A stretch of DNA of 64,000 nt. Origin: Eledone cirrhosa. Its lineage: Eukaryota. Where the stretch lies: assembly GCA_964016885.1 (NCBI GenBank), contig OZ024742.1, positions 206,460,001-206,524,000 on the forward strand. Direction: 5' to 3'. Positions 54,505-64,000 of this stretch are shown piece by piece. Under the pieces are notes generated by a model, which worked only from the letters and a program-made list of their open reading frames with translations, was not told where the DNA came from and ran no database searches. How positions within the stretch are numbered: position 1 is the first letter of the stretch; every line of letters begins with the position of its first letter. The position numbers and the translations under genes were made by a program.

Positions 54505-55445
54505 TAATAATAATGTTTTCTTTATTAACCACAAGGGTTCACATAAAGTAGACATTAAGGACAGTACAGGACAATACAGGACGGTACAAATGGGCATTTC
54601 TGCGTGTAAAAAAAACAAAGGATGTAATAAAATAACAAAGAAACATTTCCCAATAGGGGGGAGACTTCCGAGGGACATTTGTGGAGAAAGCCCATTAAAA
54701 GACCACAGTGAGCCTGACCACTAGGGCAAGTGCCCTCTCCCAGTTTTCCAGCTTTAATTTACAGACACATACTCAGAGAAGGCCCATTCATTCGGGCCAT
54801 ACTTGCTTCTCTCACCCATCTTTCAACAAAATGCTGGGAAGAGAGCACTTCCCTCTCTACCCTGATTTTCCTTTTCAAATGAAATTTGAAAAAGTTAATC
54901 AGGGCATCACCGAAGAGGTAAGTGCTCGTCTTCAGCCCTTTCAAACGTGTCCACCATACTATCTCTTTCGCCATGGCCACCAGACAGATAAAAACTGCCT
55001 GCACTTCCCGGCTAAAGGAAGAGGGCGGGGCAATCCTCACGATGGACTCAGCTGATAGCTGGATCCGTCCTACACGTGACAGCAGGTGTTCGACATAAAC
55101 CCACAAGTCAGCAATGCTCGGACAATGGACGAGTGCGTGCAGGACCGTTTCGTCGCCCTGTGTGCATCTCGGACATGCCCGGCTGACGGCACCTCCATGC
55201 CTGTAGAGTTTATCCCGAACTGGCAAAGCTCCCCGGTAGCACTTCCAGGCCAGGGATTTCTGGAAGTTGTCCATAGGCCCCGGCCCGAAAGTCCTTCCGA
55301 AGAGATTGGCTAGTTGATTTTCGTCGACGCCTAGAGTTTCTCCAAGTACGTCGTCGCTCTTCCCCTCCATTAATCCTCTATAGAACGCCGAGGTGGAGTT
55401 TCCACCGATCACATTGCCCGATTGGTCGAGGGCTGTGAGCGCCTG
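54500..55445 (-). mobile_element. Tx1/L1 LINE 3' fragment (zinc-finger C-terminus and 3' UTR)
   Basis: ALPVRDKL..CPRC...ETVLHALVHC. The 3' end CCCTTGTGGTTAATAAAG is followed by (TTA)n. Confidence 0.88.
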
Positions 55446-55454
55446 AAGATAACA

Positions 55455-55499
<45 letters not shown>

Positions 55500-55728
55500 C
55501 GATTGTCATAGGCGCACTAGGTACTATCTGAAAGAGTTTCCAAGGATGGTTAAAGAAAATTGGTCCCACCCCGCTTTTTGGAACACTTCAAAAGGCATGC
55601 TTGCTGGGAACAGCAAGAACCCTCCGATACGTCCTGAATATCTGAGGCTGCAGGTAGTGGCTTGATATTCATTTCATTTCAACAAACTTTCCAGTTAAAT
55701 AACATCAATGACTGAGACTCAAGGAACA
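55500..55728 (+). mobile_element. R4/Dong-like RLE LINE 3' end inserted in (TAA)n
   Basis: IVIGALGTI..FQGWLKKIG..LQKACLLGTARTLRYVLNI*, with (AAT)n on both sides. Confidence 0.78.
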
Positions 55729-55753
55729 ATAATAATAATAATAATAATAATAA

Positions 55754-55928
55754 TTGTTTCTAATTTTGGCACAAGGCCAGCAATTATCCCAATGTATTAC
55801 TGGTACTTTATTTTATCGACCCCGTAAGGATGAAAGGCAAAGTTAACCTCGGCAGGATTTGAACTTAGATCATAAAGGTAGTTAACTCTATGCTTCAAAG
55901 CATGGTGTCCAACCCTCTACCGATACTG
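55754..55928 (-). mobile_element. SINE family A
   Basis: Matches the family consensus. Confidence 0.85.
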
Positions 55929-56024
55929 ATAACAATAACAACAACAACAACAACAACAATAATAATAATAATAATTGTTTCTACGTTAGGCACAAGGCCA
56001 GCAATAATAATAATAATAAGAAGA

Positions 56025-56088
56025 AGAAGATCCCGTTAAGGGTGAAAGCAGCGATTCTTTGCTTAAACTTTAATCTGTTATTTTAATA
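56025..56088 (+). repeat. 5'-truncated copy of the HHR element at 58240
   Basis: Same roughly 65 bp as at 26038 and 58289, followed by (TA)n. Confidence 0.85.
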
Positions 56089-56100
56089 TATATATATATA

Positions 56101-56640
56101 ACGAAGGAAGTGTGGTAAGGAACCAGGTAGACCATAACGCACCAGAGTACTCGATACTTTGGGTAGTAGAGTGGGTAATGGGAAAATGTTCAGGACCCCG
56201 ACGGCAGAGCTCAAGCCGTTTCGAAGGCTATTTCTGGACTAAATTAGACTTTTAGCGTGGTTAAATAGCCGTACTTTTCAAAGGGGTAATTCCATATATG
56301 GTCATGTGATAATCATGCATTTCTGAACGTTGTAGTTGTCAAAAGGATTGGTCAAAATTTCTTGTAAACACAGTAGAATCTTTCATGGCTGAACTTGCCT
56401 GTAGAACAATGAGGGAGTCCTGGTTGTCGTGGTATCTATCGTAGAAGAATATTCAGGAATATTGAGGACAAACGGAACACCAAATTCATACAGTTCGTCA
56501 TAGAGAGCTATTAAGCCAGACTCCAAACGTACTGCATTGCATTCCTTTGGATCACGTCTGGGAGGCCGAGAGGGAGATTCTGACGTTTGGACAGCCCAGT
56601 ATCTCCGTATATACCGTCCAGGCTTGCGCCATCGAGAAAC
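56101..56640 (-). mobile_element. Probable PLE 3' end with decayed HHR (56195-56287)
   Basis: ORF end RLESGLIALY...LNIP resembles a GIY-YIG C-terminus. HHR fold ACCCC-[TTTGAAAA]-GGCTATTT/AAATAGCC-GAAA-CGGC..GCCG-TC-GGGGT. Confidence 0.55.
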
Positions 56641-56643
56641 CAC

Positions 56644-58238
56644 TCCAGCGACAGCACAAGCTGAGATGGCAGTTACGAGTTATAAGTCAGGGTCAATTGG
56701 CGTAATCCCGGGCGTAACGGGCCGTCTCTAGCGGTGGGAGGGGCCATTGAAGTCCCACTGGTCAGCTACCGCCCGCCTTAAACTGGGCAGCCCCCGGCCA
56801 ATTATGGTGTTGACCCGCCACAGTCTGCCCGCTTAAATGGGTGCTTGGAGCTAGGACAAAATCTGAAGAGCAGACTGTAAACCCTGCACCAGCAAATACA
56901 CAAAAACCGCATACCCAGCCACCAGTCTTACGACTGGCCACCTGGAATGTCAGGACCATGTGCTCTGGCATCACTGACGACTTGCGACAGATAAATGACA
57001 GCAGAAAAACAGCAGTCATCAACGCCGAATTGAAAAGACTGAACATTGACATAGCGGCGCTGCAAGAGACCAGACTCGCCGCAGACGGCATGCTACTGGA
57101 AAAGGACTACACCTTCTGCTGGCAGGGGAGACTCGCCGAGGAGGCCCGCCAGCATGGCGTCGGGTTCGCCGTGAGGAACAGCTTACTCGCCATGATAGTC
57201 CCTCCCTCAAATGGCTCGGAGCGCATCCTCTCTCTTAGCCTTTCAACATCATCGGGGAAGGTAAACATAGTTAGCGTTTATGCCCCAACACTCTGCTCTC
57301 CTCAAGAAATAAAAGACCGGTTCTATGACGAGCTCGACGCCACCATCAACCAGATACCAGCGTCGGCTCATCTTCCTGCTGGGCGATTTCAACGCAAGGG
57401 TGGGATCCGACCATAGGGCATGACCAGATTGCTTCTGACGCTTCGGCGTAGGAAAGATGAATGAAAATGGCCAGAGATTGTTGGAGCTTTGCTCTTACCA
57501 GAAACTGCATTTCCAACACATTCTTCAGGACTAAGCCACAACACCAGGTCTCATGGAGGCAACCAAGGTCTGGGCACTGGCACCAGCTAGATATGATCAT
57601 CGCCAGGCGAGCCCACCTCGGCAGTGTTCTTCTCACGCGCAGCTTCCACAGTGCTGACTGTGATACAGACCACTCCCTGGTGTGCAGCAGGGTCCGACTG
57701 GCGCCAAAGAAGATCCACCACACTGGAGGGAAAAGCCGCCCACGCATCAACGCCGCCAGGGAAAACAACTCAGAGCTTCGCTCAGAATTCACCATCTGCA
57801 TGGAGGAAGCCCTTAAAGGTCACTCAGCCACATCCATCGAGGAGAGGTGGCAGCTCATCAACCACTTGCAGAATAGCTATGTCATCCCGGGAAAAGAAGG
57901 AGCGGAAAAACCAAGACTGGTTTTAAGCTCACCTGCCTGAGAAGGAGCCTGTCATTGCCGCCAAGCGGGAAGCACTGGTCAACTATAAGCGCGACTCATT
58001 GGACAAGAACCTGGCTACTCTGAGAACAGCCAAAAGCGACGCCCAAAGGACGGCCAGACGATGCGCCAACACCTACTGGCAGAACCTATGCCAGAACATC
58101 CAGTCCTGTGCTGACAGTGGTAACGTGTAAGGGATGTACGAGGGGATGAAGAAAGCATTCCGGCCCACTGCCAGCAAGATCACTCCACTGAAGTCCAAGG
58201 ATGTCGAAGTCATCAAAGACCGAGCAAAGCAGATGGAC
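56644..58238 (+). mobile_element. RTE (BovB-like) LINE 5' part: 5' UTR and APE endonuclease, truncated before RT
   Basis: LATWNVRTM, DIAALQETRL, GVGFAV, SVYAPT, SGHWHQLD and DCDTDHSLV, with frameshifts. Confidence 0.93.
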
Positions 58239-58282
58239 GTTTTTTGAAATATCCACTTCTGCATTTACAGATTGACTTTGTT

Positions 58283-58333
58283 AGTTTCAGAAGATCCCGT
58301 TAAGGGTGAAAGCAGCGATTCTTTGCTTAAACT
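58283..58333 (+). ncRNA. Type I hammerhead motif, CAGAAGA core variant, in a short element (about 58240-58352)
   Basis: AGTTT-CAGAAGA-tCCC gttaa GGGt-GAAA-GCAG cgattct TTGC-TT-AAACT. Confidence 0.68.
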
Positions 58334-58349
58334 TTAATCTGTTATTTTA

Positions 58350-58839
<490 letters not shown>

Positions 58840-58841
<2 letters not shown>

Positions 58842-59298
58842 GGATTTAAATGGATACAGTTTAGTTAAAAGGAATTTATTGACACGTGTTTCAATAACAG
58901 TTACATAACCTGAAAACAGCTGCTATCTACAAAGTATTAGTTAGGCAGACATTCAATATTTCAATGTTATTATCAACTGTCATTTCATCAGAATAATTTT
59001 ACTGAGGACCTGTTTGGTTTTTATAGAGAATATTAGGAGGGAGGGGTGAAGTTATTAGAAGAATAGTTGAGGGAGTGGTTTTTTGATAGCAGTGAGAATT
59101 TTTGGTGGCAGTGAGTAATTAGATTCCCAATTGTTGTTTTGACATTTTTATAGAATATATTATTAAACTGTATCCATTTAAATCCTTCTATTTTTCTCCG
59201 GATTACTATTGGAACTACAACTGGAAACGTCGAGCAAACTCTACGTGAGCTGTCCATCTACTGTGTGTAATATTTATATTACAACACTACGAAAAATA

Positions 59299-59385
<87 letters not shown>

Positions 59386-60785
59386 TATACACACATATAT
59401 ATACACACATATACATATGTACACACAGAAATAAATATCTGTAAATAAAAAAGAGGTGGGTGTGCACAGAGTAAGGTAGAAAGTAGGGGGGATAAGAAAA
59501 ATAAATAACAGGCAAAAACGGTTTATATATAAGAGGAGATAAGGGAGAAAGGATATAAGAGTACAGAAAGTGGGTTCAGAGAGTAATAAAAGTCGTAGTG
59601 GATGTAAGGTGTAAAGAGCAAAGGAGTTCAAGGTGGTTGAGTCATCGTAGGAATGTTAATCCAGTTACAGAGCAGATATGATTTTAGGTGAGGACAACAT
59701 CTGAAGATCTCGGTCTTGGAGTTAAGGCAAGTGGAATTGGCTTTCAAATTTTGTAGAATTCTAAACTTTTCAGTGGTGCACAAAGAACAATTCTTTGTGC
59801 CCCTTTGGTATTCTCTCGAATGGTCTAAAATAGACCAATCGATAGAGTACGGCTAGTTTTTGTCTTTGAATTCCCACACCTTATTTGCGAGAGCCGTTGC
59901 TGTTCTTTTATCAGAGTGTTTAAAAGAAGCGACATGTGCATAAAACCTGGTTTTGAACCTGTCCTGAGTCATGCCAACATATCGTTCATTCCTGGCTGGC
60001 TGGTTGTTAATCAGCGGTGTCAATTTGGCCTCATACACAACGGATTTGGTATTACATTTGCCTTGTAATGGGCATTCTTCCGGCTTCCTGCAACTGCATC
60101 CTGGATTTACTCTCGTACGATTAGAGTTGGTGATTTTAGACTTCATTGATGGACAGCAAGAGTCACTGATTTTAACAACATTTCTATTAATTATCTTATA
60201 ATATCTATGATTAGGGGGAAATATTTGTCTAGGAGGTCAAGGAATTTCCTTCTTATATTAGTTTTGACAGTTAGAGAGAAGGGGGGTGTAAACCAAATAA
60301 TTTTCCTTTTCCTATTATTGGGATTAGTTTTAGGGGGAGGAGTAGGCAAATATTTAATATGTTCTGTAAAGCCGCTGTTAATGAGGGCCTTATTATAATA
60401 AGGGGCGGCTTTGTTAAAGATGTCTAGAGACGAAGATAAGGTAGAAATCCTACGGTTAATATTAGGAATAAGGTTTTTAAAAACTATAGGGGGATGGCAA
60501 GACTCTTTGTGTATATATCTTAGATTCTCGTTAGGTTTATGATAAGGTTTAAAAGAGGCAGTAAATAGATCAAGATTAATGTCAAGGAAGTTAGCATTGG
60601 TAAGGTTCGTATCTATAGTAATTTTAATGGTTAGGTTAGCAAAAGTATTGATTAAAATCTTTACGGAATTTATCAAGGTTATGGCCGTTGGTGGTATGAG
60701 AAACTGCCAATCCGTCGTCACGGTATAAACCGATATTATGTGAAGGAAATTTCACATTAACGGTGTGGAGAAGGAATAATCCTAC
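58840..60785 (-). mobile_element. Penelope-like element (Neptune-type), 5'-truncated and disrupted, with downstream pLTR-like region
   Basis: RT NIGLYRDDGL (about 60710-60740), NFLDINLDL..YHKPN..HPP, Cys linker CSC..CPLQGKC, GIY-YIG as VVY..YVG..FKTRFYAH, and C-terminus CSLCTTEK..LNSK. A stop lies at about 59853. Confidence 0.92.
58876..58996 (-). ncRNA. Type I hammerhead motif with long helix-II insertion
   Basis: TTATT-CTGATGA-AATGACAGTT...AACTGTTATT-GAAA-CACGTG-TC-AATAA. Canonical core, palindromic helix III and GUC triplet. Confidence 0.85.
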
Positions 60786-60956
60786 TAAGTCACACACATC
60801 AACAATATGTTGTATATTTTGTAATTTGTACTTTGATTATGCATATGCCCATCACAACATATTTGTCCTTGATAAATATTGGGATGTTTTGTATTTGTGT
60901 TGCCTTTGTGGCAAATTAAAAAAATTATTATCATTATTCTAAAATAATATACCTTA

Positions 60957-61165
60957 TGGTGAATTGGCAGCATCGGTAGAACATCGAACAACATGCTTTG
61001 TGGCATATACTTACGGCCCTCTAGTTCAAATCCTGCCAAGGTTAACTTTGCCTTTCATCCTTCAAGGGGTCACTAAAATAAAGTACCAATAACGTACTGG
61101 ATTTGATATAAACAACTTTCCTCTCCCCACAAATTGCTGATCTTGTGCCTAAATAAGAAATCAGT
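60957..61165 (+). mobile_element. SINE family A (long variant)
   Basis: Matches the family consensus. Confidence 0.8.
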
Positions 61166-62452
61166 AATATTTGTGTTTCTTATAAATGGACGTATATCTT
61201 TTTTCACTTCAATCGAATTGAAATATTTTGCCATATTTACTGAATGAAATTATGAAACTAAAAACTCAAACTGTAAAAAATAAAATATAAAAAATCATGG
61301 ACAGCTAAGAAAGGAAAAATTACATTTGAACAAATAATTATAAATACAAATACAGACATTGACACTTCAGAAAATATACAGAGAAACACAAACATATATG
61401 CAATGTAAATATAGATGCTGGTTATAACAAAAAAAAAAGAAAATTCATAATACAGACAATAACAAAAACAGCTCTGTTAATGTCTTTAAGCCAAGAAGAA
61501 ATTTTGAATATCGGATGTTTATCTGAAAAAACAAAGAATGCCAGTGAGTTATGTCACAAAAAGTTCTGTCTCCTTTCCAAATGATTTTATATAAGAATGA
61601 GCAACGAGAAAAAAGACATACTTCTGCTTCTAAAAAAAAAAAAAGCCAGAAGGATTTTCAGTGTATCTTCAGAGTTCTGCCTATGTGTGGGGTGATGTAA
61701 TTTCCATAGACCAAAGTAGGCTATATCAAAATGCGTCTCTGATCTTTAAAACCAAAAATGAAACAAAGTGACAGGCTGAGTTGGTGCATCATGCATGCCC
61801 ATATGATCATGCTGCAACACATGTGTAAAAGGCATAGATTAAGTCAATGAACAATGGATTTCTGGTATAGTATGGGCAGGTTGCCAGCAACAAGGTTACC
61901 AGAAAGGATATAGGGTTAGATGGAGTCTGTATAGACATTCAAATCCCAATGACCACCAATGACCACCAAAGACCACAAATAATCCCCAAATTGTACCCCA
62001 TTGTGGGAGAAAAAAGGAAAGCAACACAACTTGTGGTACAGAGTAGAAAGTCTAGTTGATATATATATAGAAGTATGAATCATTTGAGAGCTTTCTGCTC
62101 TGATGTGATGGAAACGCAAGTGAGTGGTAACATTGGTAGATGGCAGCAGAATCAACAATAGCAGGAAAACCAAAACACAACTGGTCACAATTCTTAGAAT
62201 TATTAAGAGACTCACTTCATTCCTAGAGCCAGGAGGTGACAACCAGGAAGCTGACCATGAAGTACTGCTAGCACATCTTTACAAAATTATATGGAGCAAA
62301 TGGATAATAAATAAGTATGAGAATAAATAAATAAAATGTCTTGGTAACTTATATAACATCTTTGACACTTTTCTCATATAAATACATTTCATTTTATCCC
62401 CTCAGATATTCTAACAATATTCTATATGTACTGTATACATTTTATAATGTTG

Positions 62453-62600
62453 CACAATCTCATTGTCTTTTACGAAAATTAATGGGTTTTTAATATCAAA
62501 CTACGATTGTTGATCAATCTCATTCTCTTCCTCTATGAAAATTAATTGGTTTATGTGTTCCACAATCTCATTGTCTTTCTTTACAAAAATTAATGGGTTT
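62453..62600. repeat. Three-copy tandem repeat with a 45-60 bp period
   Basis: CAATCTCATT.TCTT..TA.GAAAATTAAT.GGTTT occurs three times. Confidence 0.8.
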
Positions 62601-62904
62601 TATATGTATTTCAATCAGAAGTCATTATTATTATTGTAAATTACGATTCTTGTTCTGGTTGTTGTACTTATAGTTAGTGTAGTTAAACATATTGTTTTTT
62701 CTGTCAATTTTATATTTCCCAATATCTTGAGCATTTGTGACCAATAAAACAAATTACTATGATATTCCATTGAGAAGAGCACACATTTAACTCCTTTCCT
62801 TTTTATATGGTAATAATAGTGTGATAGTAGTAGTAATATTGATTGTAGTAGAAGTTGTTCTTATAGTATACTTCTTGAGAATTCCCATGTTTTATTATTA
62901 TATA

Positions 62905-63723
<819 letters not shown>

Positions 63724-63726
63724 TAT

Positions 63727-64000
63727 TTGTTTCTACTTTTGGCACAAGACCAGTAATTATCCCAGGGTATTACTGGTACTTTATTGTATCGACCTTGTAA
63801 GGATGAAAGGCAAAATTAGCCTCGGCAGGATTTGAACTCAGACCATAAAGGGCCATAACTATTTGCTGGGTGGTGAATTGGCAGTATTGGTAGAGGCTTG
63901 GACGCCATGCTTTCCAACATAGAGTTATGTCCCTCTACGGCCTGAGTTCAAATCCTGCCAAAGTTAACTTTGCCTTTCATCCTTACGGAGTCGATAAAAT
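63727..64000. mobile_element. Head-to-head SINE family A pair
   Basis: Minus copy 63727-63860 and plus copy from 63867 to the window end. Confidence 0.85.

Noticed and set aside
56644-56840. Possible HDV-like ribozyme in the GC-rich RTE 5' UTR
   Set aside because: I could not build the double pseudoknot by hand, so it needs a motif search.

Overview
Eukaryotic, AT-rich, microsatellite-rich DNA. The SINE and LINE repertoire suggests an octopus or other coleoid cephalopod, but that is an inference. I found no credible host protein-coding gene, and there are no prokaryotic features. All long ORFs are decayed retrotransposons: Tx1/L1, several RTE, CRE-like, R4/Dong-like and a Neptune-type Penelope-like element (PLE). 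The window also holds about 30 tRNA-derived SINE copies, two non-autonomous Helitrons and several MITEs. The main unexplained signal, found by eye, is a dense set of about 14 type I hammerhead ribozyme (HHR) motifs from roughly nine unrelated short non-coding families, mostly abutting (TA)n tracts. Three sit in head-to-head fold-backs with a ribozyme on each strand, including a near-perfect 350-bp palindrome. One lies in a 376-bp retrozyme-like repeat unit. Three carry large branched helix-II insertions, and two unrelated families show a CAGAAGA core variant. All folds were assigned by hand and activity is untested. Coordinates of degenerate repeats are approximate.
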